From NCBI GenBank assembly GCA_041496545.1, contig JBGQET010000004.1, positions 19,293-83,292 of the forward strand: DNA of 64,000 bases, in the 5' to 3' direction. The position numbers and the translations under genes are program-made. The notes under the pieces are model-generated. The model was not told the origin of the DNA and searched no databases. It saw only the letters and a program-made list of their open reading frames with translations. Source of the stretch: Candidatus Binatia bacterium. GTDB lineage: Bacteria > Desulfobacterota > Binatia > DP-6. Below, one piece after another: positions 10,023 to 20,218 of this stretch (position 1 is its first letter; the number at the start of each line of letters is the position of its first letter).

Positions 10023-10187
10023 ATGGCAGGTGGACGAGCATTCAAGAGCAACGTGCGCGAGCGCCGCGAGGCGGAACGCCGGATGAAGGCGCTTGAGAAG
10101 CGGCAGAAAAAGGACGAGAAACGTAAGCAGGCCGCCGAGGCCTCTGGGGCTCCGCCTGCGATGCCGCCGACCGGCACACCCCGGTAG
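10023..10187 (+). CDS. small lysine/arginine-rich basic protein (54 aa), hypothetical
   Basis: Strong RBS GGAGGTGA 4-5 nt before ATG 10023. Product MAGGRAFKSNVRERREAERRMKALEKRQKKDEKRKQAAEA is highly charged, with a Pro-rich tail. Confidence 0.5.
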   Translation: MAGGRAFKSNVRERREAERRMKALEKRQKKDEKRKQAAEASGAPPAMPPTGTPR

Positions 10188-10243
10188 TGAAACGAGGAGC
10201 GGTGCGGGCACGCTCCGGGATGAGGAGGGGGAGGAGGATGCGT

Positions 10244-10603
10244 ATGAAGTCTCGGATCGCGTGTGTGGTAGTGCTCGGGTTCGTGGTCGGTCACGCGGCC
10301 ACGGCCGGGGCGACGAGCGGCGTCATGCCGCAACCCGTGCGTGACGCAACCTGGAAGCTCATGCGCGGGATCACCAACACCGTGCTCGGGCTCCCCGGAG
10401 AGATCGCGGCGCACTTCCTGGGCGGCCTCGCCGCACCCCAGTCGAAGACCGTCGGCGCCGGGATCAGCGGTGCCGCGTCCGGGCTCGTCATCGGCAGTGC
10501 GGTGGGCGTCGAGCGCGTGGTCAGCGGAATCGTCGACATCGGGACCTTCCCGATCCCCATCGACGACAACCGGCCCCTCCTCGAGCCGGAGTTCCCGTTC
10601 TAG
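10244..10603 (+). CDS. secreted hypothetical protein with Gly/Ala/Ser-rich core and C-terminal EPEFPF
   Basis: GGAGGAGG RBS upstream of ATG 10244. Signal peptide MKSRIACVVVLGFVVGHAATAGA. Ends 4 nt before tRNA-Cys. Confidence 0.55.
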   Translation: MKSRIACVVVLGFVVGHAATAGATSGVMPQPVRDATWKLMRGITNTVLGLPGEIAAHFLGGLAAPQSKTVGAGISGAASGLVIGSAVGVERVVSGIVDIGTFPIPIDDNRPLLEPEFPF

Positions 10604-10607
10604 CAAA

Positions 10608-10680
10608 GGCGGCGTACCCAAGTGGCTAAGGGAGAGGTCTGCAAAACCTCCATTCACCGGTTCGAATCCGGTCGCCGCCT
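10608..10680 (+). tRNA. tRNA-Cys (anticodon GCA)
   Basis: GGCGGCGTACCCAAGTGGCTAAGGGAGAGGTCTGCAAAACCTCCATTCACCGGTTCGAATCCGGTCGCCGCCT. Cloverleaf has a 7-bp acceptor stem, anticodon loop CTGCAAA and discriminator U. Confidence 0.85.
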
Positions 10681-11591
10681 CTCGAGCCCTCCCGTCGCGT
10701 AGTCAGCGCCGCGCGCAGTCCAGACCGAAGTTGCGTGCCCTCGTGGTCCGAGGACCAGCAGATCGGTTGCGGCGCGGGGCCGCACGCGGTGGCGAAAGGG
10801 TTCGGGCGGTCGGCGAAGAGGCGCGTGGCGGCGGGGTCGAGCCGGGCGGTGCACGACGAGCCGGACGCGGGCGGCACCAGGAAGATGAAGTCGATGCGCT
10901 CGTTCTCGTTCGTCTCCGGCGACTCCATCTGCGAGAGGTCCTCGTCGGCGCGTCCCGAGGTGCAGCCCTCGCCGCTCGAGACGTCGCACTCCGCGTTGCC
11001 GGCGGCGAGGTAGGTGTCGAGCCAGCCGCGGCGGGTGAACTGGCCGTAGACCAGGCTGCCGGGGGACTGGTTGAAGTCGCCGGTCGCGACGGCGGGCGTC
11101 GGCACGTTGTGCTTGGCGGCCACCAGCGCCGCCATCTGCACGCCCTGACAGTCGCGGACCGTCCGCGCGCCGGCCGCGACGCACGCGGGCGGGCAGTCGC
11201 CGGCGCAGGGAGCCTCGGCGCCGTCGCTGCTCGAGGCGAGGTGGGTCGAGAAGACGTCCACGGGGCCGAGCGGGTGGTCGAGGCGGGCCCAGAACACGGT
11301 GCGGTAGTTCTTGTAGAGCTTGGTCAGCTCGACCACGCCCGCGGGCCAGCGCGTCAGGATCGTCTCGAGCGGCACGTCGGCGAAGCACTGCCCGGGCGCG
11401 GCGCCGCCCGAGACGACGAGACCGCCCGCGCCCGGCGGCGCGGCCGGTGGCACGATCGCGGCGTCGCGCAGCGTGATGCGGGCGTCGCGGTCTCGCCCGC
11501 CGTGCAGCACGAGCCCGGCGCCCGCGACCGGCACGTCCGCGGCCCAGGCGTGGAGCGCGAGCACGACGGCGAGCGCGACGGCGCGGAGCAC
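10626..11591 (-). CDS. secreted endonuclease/exonuclease/phosphatase (EEP) family protein
   Basis: GTG start at 11591 gives signal peptide MLRAVALAVVLALHAWA. EEP motifs include TGDFN and C-terminal WSSDHEG. The ORF reads through and its last 55 nt overlap tRNA-Cys on the opposite strand. Confidence 0.7.
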   Translation of the reverse strand: MLRAVALAVVLALHAWAADVPVAGAGLVLHGGRDRDARITLRDAAIVPPAAPPGAGGLVVSGGAAPGQCFADVPLETILTRWPAGVVELTKLYKNYRTVFWARLDHPLGPVDVFSTHLASSSDGAEAPCAGDCPPACVAAGARTVRDCQGVQMAALVAAKHNVPTPAVATGDFNQSPGSLVYGQFTRRGWLDTYLAAGNAECDVSSGEGCTSGRADEDLSQMESPETNENERIDFIFLVPPASGSSCTARLDPAATRLFADRPNPFATACGPAPQPICWSSDHEGTQLRSGLRAALTTRREGSRGGDRIRTGEWRFCRPLP

Positions 11592-11599
11592 GGGCGGGC

Positions 11600-11926
11600 C
11601 TACGTGAGCGCGTTGACCTTGGCGGCCATGATGAAGTCGTTCTCGTGCAGGCCCTTGATCTTGTGCGTCCAGAAGAGGACGCGGCAGTAGCCCCAGCCGA
11701 AGGTGAGGTCGGGGTGGTGGTCCTCCGCTTCGGCGAGGTCGGCGACCTTGCGGACGAAGGTGAAGGCGGTCGCGAAGTCGGGGAACCGGAAGGCGCGCTC
11801 GATCTGCGTACCGGCGTCGTTCAGCGTCCAGCCGGGTGTCTCCTGGAGTAGACGCTCGGCCTCGGCGCGCCCGAAGGGTGGGACGCCCCCCCGGCAGGGG
11901 ACGCACTGCTTCGCGGTGAGGCCCAT
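11600..11926 (-). CDS. phhB: pterin-4-alpha-carbinolamine dehydratase (PCD/DCoH)
   Basis: 108 aa from ATG 11926 with the characteristic AEAEDHHPDL motif and typical size. The 104 upstream codons in the listed ORF are Ser/Thr junk with low GC3. Confidence 0.8.
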   Translation of the reverse strand: MGLTAKQCVPCRGGVPPFGRAEAERLLQETPGWTLNDAGTQIERAFRFPDFATAFTFVRKVADLAEAEDHHPDLTFGWGYCRVLFWTHKIKGLHENDFIMAAKVNALT

Positions 11927-12038
11927 GGGGCGGCATCCTCGTCCATCCGCGCACCGGGCGCCATGGGAGGGCCGCCGTTGCCACCGCCGCTTCAAGTCAC
12001 GGCCGGGGCCGGTCGATAGACTCGTGAGTGACCCGAGG
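11927..12038. promoter_or_regulatory. divergent intergenic region between phhB and the che-like operon (putative promoters)
   Basis: 112-bp non-coding gap between two divergently oriented starts. No specific motif identified. Confidence 0.25.
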
Positions 12039-12455
12039 ATGGCGGGCTCAGGGTGTAATTCTGCCGGGCAGCGGTGGACGCTCCGCGTCCTCGTGGTCGA
12101 GGACGATCCGACGGATCGGCTGCTCATCGCGCGCGGGTTCCGCGATCCGGCGCCGCTTCCCGGACCGGTCGAACTCGAAGCCGTCGGCGACGTCGACGCC
12201 GCGCTCGCGGTGCTGGCGGGGCGGAGCTTCGCGGTCATCCTGAGCGACTACTCACTGCCCGGCTGGACGGGGCTCGACCTGCTACGCCGGCTCCGCGAGC
12301 GCGACGACCGGACGCCGCTGGTCCTGATGAGCGGGGGCGCGGACGAGGCGCTCGCCGCGACGGCGAAGCAGCTCGGGGCGGTGGACTGCATCGTCAAACG
12401 CGCCGGCTTCGAGCGGGCGCTCCCGGCTCTCGTCGGTCGGGTGCTCGCGGCATGA
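12039..12455 (+). CDS. single-domain response regulator (CheY-like REC)
   Basis: RVLVVEDDPTDRLL...ILSDYSLPGWTG...LVLMSGG receiver motifs. Stop overlaps the next start (ATGA). Confidence 0.7.
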   Translation: MAGSGCNSAGQRWTLRVLVVEDDPTDRLLIARGFRDPAPLPGPVELEAVGDVDAALAVLAGRSFAVILSDYSLPGWTGLDLLRRLRERDDRTPLVLMSGGADEALAATAKQLGAVDCIVKRAGFERALPALVGRVLAA

Positions 12456-13297
12456 CGGCGCTCGACCCCGATACCTTGCCCGTGCTCCTCGTCGAGGAGA
12501 GCCCCACCGACCGTGCGCTGATCGCGCGCGCCCTGCGCCCGCGTCCGACGGCCGTGGCGGACGCCGAGCGCGTGCTCGACGCCGTCCGGCGGCAGTCGTT
12601 CGCGGCCGTGCTGATCGCCCACGCATTGCCCGGGCGCAGCGGGCTCGACGTGCTGCGCGAGCTGCGCTCCGCCGGGGAGACGACGCCGATCGTGCTGCTC
12701 GCCGACGCCGACGACGACGGGGTGGCGGCGGACGCGCTCCGCGCGGGTGCGGACGCCTGCGTCGTGAAGCAGCCCGGCTTCGAGCGGAGCGTGTCGCGCG
12801 CCGTGACCCAGGCGGCGCGCCAGCGCCTCCAGGTCGCCGCGGCGCCGCGCGCCGAGCCCGAGATGCTCCGCGTCCTCGTCTTCGAGATCGGGGAGCAGCG
12901 CTACGGGCTGCGGGCGGCCGACGTCTTGGAGATCGTCCCGGCGGTGACCGTGACGCCCGTCCCGGACGCGCCCGCACACGTCGAGGGCATGCTGAACCTG
13001 CGCGGGCGCGCGGTGCCGGTCGTCGACGTGCGGGCGAGCCTCGGCCTGCCGCGGCGGGCGGCCGCGCACACCGATCACCTGATCGTCGTCGGGGTGGAGG
13101 AGGGCGCCGCGGCCCTGCGCGTGGACCGCGCCACGGAGCTCGTGAGCGTGAACGCCGTCCGCCCCGACGCCGGACGGCCGGCGGGGCTGATCGAGCTCCG
13201 CGGCGAGCTGCTCTTCGTCCACGAAACGCGGCGCTTTCTCAGCCGCGAGGACCGCGCCGCGTTGGTCGCGCGCCGGGCGCCGCCGGAGGCGCGATGA
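12452..13297 (+). CDS. REC-CheW fusion protein (receiver domain followed by CheW-like domain)
   Basis: REC motifs (PVLLVEESPTDR, LIAHALPGRSG, IVLLAD), then a CheW-like domain (LRVLVFEIGEQRYGLRAADVLEIV...MLNLRGRAVPVVDV). ATGA overlap at both ends. Confidence 0.8.
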   Translation: MTALDPDTLPVLLVEESPTDRALIARALRPRPTAVADAERVLDAVRRQSFAAVLIAHALPGRSGLDVLRELRSAGETTPIVLLADADDDGVAADALRAGADACVVKQPGFERSVSRAVTQAARQRLQVAAAPRAEPEMLRVLVFEIGEQRYGLRAADVLEIVPAVTVTPVPDAPAHVEGMLNLRGRAVPVVDVRASLGLPRRAAAHTDHLIVVGVEEGAAALRVDRATELVSVNAVRPDAGRPAGLIELRGELLFVHETRRFLSREDRAALVARRAPPEAR

Positions 13298-14679
13298 CGG
13301 AGGCCGCCTGGAGTGCCCCGGCGTACGCGCTCATCGCCCGTCGTGTGCAGGCGCGGACGGGTCTCAATTTCACACCGACCTTTCGCGAGCGCGCCGAGGC
13401 GGGCATCGATCGCGCCATGGCCCGCGCCGGGTGTGGCGACCTGGCGAGCTACGTCGACCTGCTCGAGAGCCGCGGCGCCGTGCTCGACGACCTCGTCGTG
13501 GAGCTCGCCGTCGGCGAGACCTACTTCTTCCGCGAGCCGGGTCACTTCGAGGTCGTCCGCCGCTTGATCGTGCCGGAGGTCTGCGAGCGCGGCGGTCCCG
13601 CGCACGTGCTGCGCGCCTGGAGCGCCGGGTGCGCCTCGGGCGAGGAGGCGTACTCCCTGGCCATCGTCCTCGACGAGCTGGGGCACGACGCCAGCGCGCG
13701 GGTGCTGGGGACCGACATCTCCCGCCTCGCGCTCGCCAAGGCCCGGGCCGGGACCTACGGCGCGTGGTCGCTGCGCGGCGACGACGGCCTGCACGCGCGT
13801 CCGTACCTCGCCCGCGCCGGCGACCGGTACGTGGTCGCCGACGCGCTCCGGCGCCGGGTCTCCTTCGAGTACGTGAATCTCGTGCTGGACACGTATCCCT
13901 CGTACGCCAGCGGGCTCTGGGCCATGGACCTCGTCTTCTGCCGCAACGTGCTCATCTACTTCGACGCCGAGACGGTGGCGCGGGTGGCGCGCCGGCTGTT
14001 CGACACCCTGGCGCCGGGCGGCTGGCTCGTGACGGCGTCCTCCGACCCGTCGCTCGTGAACGCGGCGCCCTTCGAAGCGGTGACCACCGAAGCCGGCGTC
14101 GTCTACCGGCGCGGCCCGGCACCCGCGACGGCAGCGGCGACGCCTCCGGAGCGTCCGGCGCGAGCGTCCCTCGCCCCCGCCCGCCCGCCGCGACGACCCC
14201 GCGCCGCGGTCGCGCCTGCGGCCCGAAAGCGCGCTCGCGGTGGCCCCGCGCGGTCGGCGTCTTCCGACGCCGAGGCGAGCGCGCTCCAGGTCCGCGCGCT
14301 CGCCAACCTCGACTCCGCGGCGGCGGAGCGAGCCTGTGCGGCCGCCGCCGTCCGCCATCCGCTCTCGGCCGAGCTGCACTACCTGCGCGCCTTGCTGCTC
14401 TCCGAGCTCGGTCGCGACGCGGAAGCCGTGCAGGCGACGCGCTGCGTGCTCTACCTGGACGCCTCGCTCGCGGCCGCGCATCTGACGCTCGGCACGGTGC
14501 TCCGTCGCCTCGGCGATCGGGAGGGCGCGCGCCGCGCCTACGCCACGGCCCGGGAGCTGAGTGCCGCCCGGCCGCCCGACGAGGTCGTGCCCTTGACGGA
14601 TGGCGAGCGTGCCGGGCGGCTGCTCGAGGCCGCGGAGATGCAGCTCGCGCTGCTCGACGCTCCGGGGAGCCGGCCGTGA
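13294..14679 (+). CDS. cheR: chemotaxis protein methyltransferase CheR with C-terminal TPR-like extension
   Basis: CheR all-alpha N-domain plus SAM-MTase core ([42 protein letters not shown]), followed by an Ala-rich TPR-like C-terminus. Confidence 0.85.
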   Translation: MTEAAWSAPAYALIARRVQARTGLNFTPTFRERAEAGIDRAMARAGCGDLASYVDLLESRGAVLDDLVVELAVGETYFFREPGHFEVVRRLIVPEVCERGGPAHVLRAWSAGCASGEEAYSLAIVLDELGHDASARVLGTDISRLALAKARAGTYGAWSLRGDDGLHARPYLARAGDRYVVADALRRRVSFEYVNLVLDTYPSYASGLWAMDLVFCRNVLIYFDAETVARVARRLFDTLAPGGWLVTASSDPSLVNAAPFEAVTTEAGVVYRRGPAPATAAATPPERPARASLAPARPPRRPRAAVAPAARKRARGGPARSASSDAEASALQVRALANLDSAAAERACAAAAVRHPLSAELHYLRALLLSELGRDAEAVQATRCVLYLDASLAAAHLTLGTVLRRLGDREGARRAYATARELSAARPPDEVVPLTDGERAGRLLEAAEMQLALLDAPGSRP

Positions 14680-15317
14680 GCGCGCGCGGCAGGGTCCTGC
14701 GCTGGGACGAAGCGCGCGAGCGGCTCCGTCGCGCCGCGGAGACGACGGCGGCGGGCGCGGCGCTGCCGCCCGAACGTGCACGCGCGCTGATGGACGAGCG
14801 GGCCCGCCGGCTGGCGGCGCCGGCGGCGGCGACACCCGACTCGGCGCGGCGCCTCGAGATGCTGTGCCTCTCGCTCGGCGACGAACGCTACGGCGTGGAA
14901 ACGCGACACGTGCGCGAGGTGGTGCGTGCCGGCGATCTGACTCCCGTTCCGTTCACGCCCGACTTCCTGCTGGGAGTGACGAATCTCCGCGGCGAGCTGC
15001 TCGCCGTGGTGGATCTCGGGAGCTTGTTCGGCCTCCCGCCGCGCGCCGTGACGGCGTCTTCACGCGTTGTCGTGCTCGGCGCGGAGCGCGCGGAGATCGG
15101 CGCGCTTGCCGACGTCCTCGACGACGTGACCAGCATCGAGACCGCCGAGCTGCTCGACGCGCCTTCGCTGCGCGACGGGATGGCGGCACGGTTCGTGCGC
15201 GGCGTGACGGCCGAGGGCGTGGTGCTGATCGACGCGGCGGGCCTGCTCGCAGAGGACGGTCTGTTCGATCCGGAGTACAACGCGGGCGGGGAGCCCGCAG
15301 GACGGGGAGTGTCATGA
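14676..15317 (+). CDS. cheW: CheW-like coupling protein
   Basis: GTG start overlapping the cheR stop (GTGA). CheW domain motif [24 protein letters not shown]...[17 protein letters not shown]. Confidence 0.75.
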   Translation: MSARGRVLRWDEARERLRRAAETTAAGAALPPERARALMDERARRLAAPAAATPDSARRLEMLCLSLGDERYGVETRHVREVVRAGDLTPVPFTPDFLLGVTNLRGELLAVVDLGSLFGLPPRAVTASSRVVVLGAERAEIGALADVLDDVTSIETAELLDAPSLRDGMAARFVRGVTAEGVVLIDAAGLLAEDGLFDPEYNAGGEPAGRGVS

Positions 15318-16957
15318 CGATCGGCAGGAAGATGTCGGCTGGATTCGGGGTCGCGCTGGCGATGCTGCTCGGAATCGGCACGGTGTCGTACCGCAACACC
15401 GCGAAGCTGGTCGACACAAGCACCTGGGTGACCCACACGCACACGGTGCTGGAGCACCTGACGATGCTGCTCTCGTTGATGAAGGACGAGACGCTCGCCT
15501 CGCGGGGTTACGTGATCACCGGCAAGGATGAGTTCCTCGATCCGATCCGCGGGAACAACGAGTCGGTCCAAAGAATCCGCGACGAGCTGCGCACGCTCAC
15601 CGCGGACAACGTGCGTCAACAGCGGCGGCTGGAGGAGCTGGAGGCGGCGATGCAATCGCTCGTCGCCTGGCACAAGGAAACGATCGAGACCCGGCGTAGC
15701 GCGGGCTTCGACGCTGCCATGCAGCGTGTATCGGGCGGAGGGGGGCAGAGGCTGACGGAAGAGATCGATCGTATCGTCAAGGCGATGAGAGAGGAAGAGG
15801 ACCGCCTGCTCGTCGAGCGAGATACCGAGGCCCAGGCTGCGGCCACCCAGACGTTCCGGATCATCATCCTCGGCACCTTCGCCGCCGCGGTCCTGGTGTC
15901 GGCGATCGGTATCTTCATCGTCCGTGGGATCGGCGGCGCGTTGCGCGAGCTGATGGCGGGCGCCGCCAAGATCGGCGAGGGCGCGTTCGAGCATCGCATC
16001 GCGGTGGGAACCAGGGACGAGATGGGCGAGCTCGGCGAGGCCTTCAACCGCATGTCGGAGCGCCTGCAGAGCACGACTGTGAGCGCCGAGACCGAGCGCC
16101 TGGCGCGGGGGCGGGTCGAGACCCTGCTCGGGAGCATGCGCGAGGCGGCCACGCGGCTGTCCGCGGCGGCCGCGGAGATCCTCGCCAGCACGACCCAGCA
16201 GGCCTCGGGCGCGGAGCGGCAGGCGGCGGCGACGGCGGAGACGGGCGCCGTGGTGGACGAGGTGACGCGCACCGCGGCGCAGGCGTCCGAGCAGGCGCGC
16301 AGCGTCGGCGAGGCCGTGCAGCGCACGGTGGAGATCGGGGCCGCCGGGCGCGAGGCCGTCGAGGAGTCGATGCGCGCGATGGAGACGGTGCGGGAGCAGG
16401 TCGAGTCCACGGCGGAGACGATCGTCACCCTGGCCGAGCAGGCACAGTCGATCGGCGAGATCATCGCGGCGGTGAACGAGCTGGCGGAGCAGACCAACCT
16501 GCTGGCGCTGAACGCCGCGATCGAAGCGGCGCGGGCGGGCGAGCACGGCAAGGGCTTCGCGGTGGTCGCGGGCGAGGTGAAGACGCTCGCCGAGCAGTCG
16601 AAGAAGGCGACGGCGCAGGTGCGGCAGATCCTGGGCGAGATCCAGAAGGCCACCAACGCGGCCGTCCTCTCGACGGAGGCGGTGACGAAGGGCGTCGCGA
16701 CGGCGAGCAGCATCGGCAGCCAGGCGGGGTCCACGATCACGACGCTGGCCGACACGCTCGGCGCGGCGGCGCGCGTCGCGAGCCAGATCGTCGCCGCCGC
16801 CGAGCAGCAGTCGACGGGCATGACGCAGATCCACGACGCCATGAAGAACATCGACCAGGTGGCGCGGCAGACGATGGCGGCCACCCGGCAGACGGAGCAG
16901 GCGGCGCAGAACCTGAACACGATCGGCACGCAGCTCGCGGAGCTGAGCGTCCGCTGA
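15314..16957 (+). CDS. methyl-accepting chemotaxis protein with CHASE3 sensor, HAMP and MCP signalling domain
   Basis: N-terminal TM plus CHASE3 ([12 protein letters not shown]...ASRGYVITG), second TM, HAMP, then the MCP highly conserved domain ([31 protein letters not shown]). ATGA overlap with the cheW stop. Confidence 0.85.
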   Translation: MTIGRKMSAGFGVALAMLLGIGTVSYRNTAKLVDTSTWVTHTHTVLEHLTMLLSLMKDETLASRGYVITGKDEFLDPIRGNNESVQRIRDELRTLTADNVRQQRRLEELEAAMQSLVAWHKETIETRRSAGFDAAMQRVSGGGGQRLTEEIDRIVKAMREEEDRLLVERDTEAQAAATQTFRIIILGTFAAAVLVSAIGIFIVRGIGGALRELMAGAAKIGEGAFEHRIAVGTRDEMGELGEAFNRMSERLQSTTVSAETERLARGRVETLLGSMREAATRLSAAAAEILASTTQQASGAERQAAATAETGAVVDEVTRTAAQASEQARSVGEAVQRTVEIGAAGREAVEESMRAMETVREQVESTAETIVTLAEQAQSIGEIIAAVNELAEQTNLLALNAAIEAARAGEHGKGFAVVAGEVKTLAEQSKKATAQVRQILGEIQKATNAAVLSTEAVTKGVATASSIGSQAGSTITTLADTLGAAARVASQIVAAAEQQSTGMTQIHDAMKNIDQVARQTMAATRQTEQAAQNLNTIGTQLAELSVR

Positions 16958-16968
16958 GCGTCGGACCC

Positions 16969-19179
16969 ATGGAGCAGGCCGCCGCCGACGCCCGTTTGCT
17001 GGCCACGTTCCTCGAGGAGCTCGAGGATCGGGTGCGGGCGCTCAACGAGGACGTCCTCGCGCTCGAGCGAGACGCCGCCCCGGACGCGCCGGCGGGGCCC
17101 GCGCCGGAGCGACTCGGCGCGCTGCTCCGCACCGCACACAGCTTGAAGGGCGCCGCGCGCGCGGTGAACGTGCGGCCGGTCGAGCGCGTCTCGCACCATC
17201 TCGAGGAGCTCCTGATCGCCGTCCAGCAGGGTCGCCTCGCGGTCGGCCCGGAGCTGTGCTCGCTCCTCCTCGGGGCGGCCGACGCGATCGAGGACGCGGG
17301 CGCCCGGCTCCGAGCCGGGCAGGATCTCCGCGGCGCGCCGATCGTGGACGTGCTGGCACGGCTCGAAGCCGGCGCCGGCGCCGGCGCGTCGGGCGAGGCG
17401 GGCCCGGCGAGCGCGCCGCACGCCGTGGAGGCGACGGGGGCCGACGGCGCCGTGCGCGTCGCCGCGGAGCGGCTCGACGCGCTGCTCGCCCACACGGGCG
17501 AGCTGGTGATCGCCCGCCGGAGGGTGGAGTCACGGCGGGTGGAGGTGGCCGCGCTGCGGGAGCTGGCCGCTCGCGCGCGCCTCGAGTGGCGCGGCACGGA
17601 AAAGGCCGTGCGGGCGCTCGCGGAGCACCCGGAAAGAAGCGCGGCGGCGCTGCGACGGGGGCTCCGGCTCACTGGACGGACGGGCGGCCTGCTGCGCCGC
17701 CTCGAAGCCGAGGTGGAGGGCCTGGCCGGCGCGATGATCGGCGACGGGCGACTCCTGGCGCAGACCACGGACCCGCTCGACGACGACGTCCGTCGCATCC
17801 GCATGGTGCGCTTCGCGGAGGCGTGCGGCGGGCTCGAGCGCACGGTCCGCGACGTGGCGCGCGCGACGGGAAAGGAGATCACCGTCGTGATCGAGGGCGG
17901 CGACGTCGAGCTCGACCGCTCCGTCGTCGAGGGCGTCAAGGATCCGTTGCGTCACCTGGTGCGGAACGCCGCCGACCACGGCCTCGAGCCGCCGGCGGAG
18001 CGGCGGGCGGGCGGGAAGAACAGCCAGGGACGCATCACCGTCGGGGCGGCGCTGCGGGGCGCCCAGGTCGAGATCACGGTGCGCGACGACGGTCGTGGAC
18101 TCGACCTTGCGGGGCTCCGGGAGCGCGCGCGCGCCGCGGGGCTCGCGGCGCCCGAGGAAGCGCACGAAGCGGCGCGGCTCGTCTTCGAGCCCGGGGTCTC
18201 GACCGCGCGCGCGGTCACGGACGTCTCGGGACGCGGCGTGGGGCTCGACGTCGTCAAGACCGGCATCGAAGCGCTGCACGGCACGGTCGGCGTGGCCGTC
18301 GAGCCCGGCGGCTCCGGCGTGTGCTTCATCCTCACCGTCCCGCTGACCCTGACCTCGCTGCCCGCGCTGGTGGTGACCGTCGGGCAGCGGACGTTTGCGC
18401 TGGCGAGCGCGAACGTGGCCGCGCTCCTGCGCTTCGCGCCCGCCGACCTCCGCTCGGTCGGGGGCCGTCCCATGCTGCCCCACGGCGGACGGCTCGTGCC
18501 CGTCCTGCGACTCGCGGACAGCGTCCAGCTCGTCCCCGAAGCCCCGTCCGCCGAGCGCGCCAAGGTGGTGGCGGCGCTCGTGACCGCGGGCGAGTCGCGC
18601 GTCGCCTTCGTGGTGGACGAGCTGGTGGCGGCCCACGACGTGGTGGTGAAGAGCCTTGGGCGGCGCCTCCGGCACCTCGCGGGCGTGTCGGGCGCGACGA
18701 TCCTGCCCTCGGGCGGCGTGGCGCTCGTGCTCAACGCCGCGCACCTCGTCCGCCGCGCGCTGGGTGGCACGCCCGGCACGCCCTTCGGGCCGTCGTCGGC
18801 GGGCACGGTTGCGCCGCGCAAGCGCGTCCTCCTCGCGGACGATTCGGTCACGACCCGCGCCCTGGAGCGGAGCCTGCTCGAGGCCGCGGGCTACGAGGTG
18901 GTGCTCGCGGCGGACGGGAGGGCGGCGTGGCGGCTGCTCGAGGACAACGTTCCGGATCTCGTGGTCAGCGACGTCGACATGCCGGGGATGGACGGCTTCG
19001 CCCTGACGGAGGCGATCCGCAGCTCGCCCCGGCTGCGCGACCTGCCGGTCGTCCTCGTCACCGGGCGGGAGAGCCCGGAGGACAAGGCCCGCGGGCTGCG
19101 TGCCGGGGCGAGCGCCTACGTGGTGAAGAGCGCCTTCGATCAGAAGACGTTCCTGGACCTGCTGGCGAGCCTCGCGTGA
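16969..19179 (+). CDS. cheA: CheA histidine kinase with C-terminal receiver domain (CheA-REC hybrid)
   Basis: HPt (LRTAHSLKGAARAV), dimerisation, HATPase_c (DDGRGLD, GRGVGLD), CheW-like regulatory domain, C-terminal REC (RVLLADDSVTTR...SDVDMPGMDG...VVLVTGR). Confidence 0.85.
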   Translation: MEQAAADARLLATFLEELEDRVRALNEDVLALERDAAPDAPAGPAPERLGALLRTAHSLKGAARAVNVRPVERVSHHLEELLIAVQQGRLAVGPELCSLLLGAADAIEDAGARLRAGQDLRGAPIVDVLARLEAGAGAGASGEAGPASAPHAVEATGADGAVRVAAERLDALLAHTGELVIARRRVESRRVEVAALRELAARARLEWRGTEKAVRALAEHPERSAAALRRGLRLTGRTGGLLRRLEAEVEGLAGAMIGDGRLLAQTTDPLDDDVRRIRMVRFAEACGGLERTVRDVARATGKEITVVIEGGDVELDRSVVEGVKDPLRHLVRNAADHGLEPPAERRAGGKNSQGRITVGAALRGAQVEITVRDDGRGLDLAGLRERARAAGLAAPEEAHEAARLVFEPGVSTARAVTDVSGRGVGLDVVKTGIEALHGTVGVAVEPGGSGVCFILTVPLTLTSLPALVVTVGQRTFALASANVAALLRFAPADLRSVGGRPMLPHGGRLVPVLRLADSVQLVPEAPSAERAKVVAALVTAGESRVAFVVDELVAAHDVVVKSLGRRLRHLAGVSGATILPSGGVALVLNAAHLVRRALGGTPGTPFGPSSAGTVAPRKRVLLADDSVTTRALERSLLEAAGYEVVLAADGRAAWRLLEDNVPDLVVSDVDMPGMDGFALTEAIRSSPRLRDLPVVLVTGRESPEDKARGLRAGASAYVVKSAFDQKTFLDLLASLA

Positions 19180-19189
19180 GGGCCGTGGG

Positions 19190-20218
19190 ATGATCCGGAT
19201 CCTGGTCGTGGACGACTCACCCACCGCCCGCCAGAGCCTGGTGCAGGTCCTGCAGGCAGACCCGGAGGTGCAGATCGTCGGCGAGGCAAGCGACGGGCTC
19301 GAGGCCGTCGAGATGACGCGTCGCCTGCGACCGGATCTCGTGACCATGGACGTCCAGATGCCGCGCATGGACGGCTACGAGGCGACGAAGGAGATCATGA
19401 TCGAGTCGCCGACGCCGGTCGTGGTGGTGACCGCCGGCCTGGGCGACCCGGAGGTGTCCGCGTCGATGCGGGCGCTGCGTGCCGGCGCGGTCTGCGTGCT
19501 CCAGAAGCCTCCCGGTCCGGGTGCGCCGGGGCACGCGCGCGAGGCGCAGCAGATCCTGGAGACGGTGAAGGCGATGTCGCAGGTGCGCGTGGTGCACCGC
19601 ATCCGCCAGCCGGCACCGCCCGTGGCCGCGCCGCGCGGTCCGAAGCCGGTCCGGGTGGTCGCGATCGCGGGGTCCACGGGAGGCCCGGGCGTCCTGCACC
19701 AGATCCTCTCGGCGCTGCCCGGGGACTTCCCGGTGCCGATCCTCGTCGTGCAGCACATGACGGTGGGCTTCACGCCAGGCCTGGCCTCGCACCTGGGCGG
19801 CGGCTCGCCGCTGCGCGTGAAGGTGGCGGAGGCGGGCGACACGCTCGCGCCCCACACCGTGTACCTCGCCCCGGACGATCGTCACCTGATGGTGTCCGGA
19901 GCGGGCAGCGTCACGCTCTCGGACGCGCCCGCCGTCGGCGGCTTCCGGCCCTCGGCGAGCGTGCTCTTCGAGTCGGTGGCGAAGGCGTTCGGGTCGGGCA
20001 CCGTGGCCGTCGTGCTGAGCGGCATGGGCGAGGACGGCGTGGCGGGGTTGCGGGCGGTGAAGCAGGCGGGCGGCCGCGTCGTGGTCCAGGACGAGGAGAC
20101 GTCGGTCGTCTTCGGCATGCCCGGCGCGGCCATCACCGCGGGCCTCGCCGAGCGGGGAATCCCGGCCGGTGCGATCGCGGGGACGTTGCTGACGCTCGCC
20201 TCGGGAGCGGCGGCATGA
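19190..20218 (+). CDS. cheB: chemotaxis response regulator protein-glutamate methylesterase CheB (REC plus CheB_methylest)
   Basis: REC (RILVVDDSPTAR, VTMDVQMPRMDG) and methylesterase catalytic domain (VVAIAGSTGGPGVL, ILVVQHM, VVLSGMGEDG). Confidence 0.85.
   Translation: MIRILVVDDSPTARQSLVQVLQADPEVQIVGEASDGLEAVEMTRRLRPDLVTMDVQMPRMDGYEATKEIMIESPTPVVVVTAGLGDPEVSASMRALRAGAVCVLQKPPGPGAPGHAREAQQILETVKAMSQVRVVHRIRQPAPPVAAPRGPKPVRVVAIAGSTGGPGVLHQILSALPGDFPVPILVVQHMTVGFTPGLASHLGGGSPLRVKVAEAGDTLAPHTVYLAPDDRHLMVSGAGSVTLSDAPAVGGFRPSASVLFESVAKAFGSGTVAVVLSGMGEDGVAGLRAVKQAGGRVVVQDEETSVVFGMPGAAITAGLAERGIPAGAIAGTLLTLASGAAA

Noticed and set aside
13431-15317. 628-aa ORF spanning cheR and cheW
   Set aside because: Only its last 213 codons (from GTG 14676) have coding GC3 and CheW motifs. 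The upstream part is the +1 frame of cheR.
17256-19193. 645-aa R/G-rich ORF inside cheA
   Set aside because: Alternate frame of cheA (16969..19179); arginine-rich junk.
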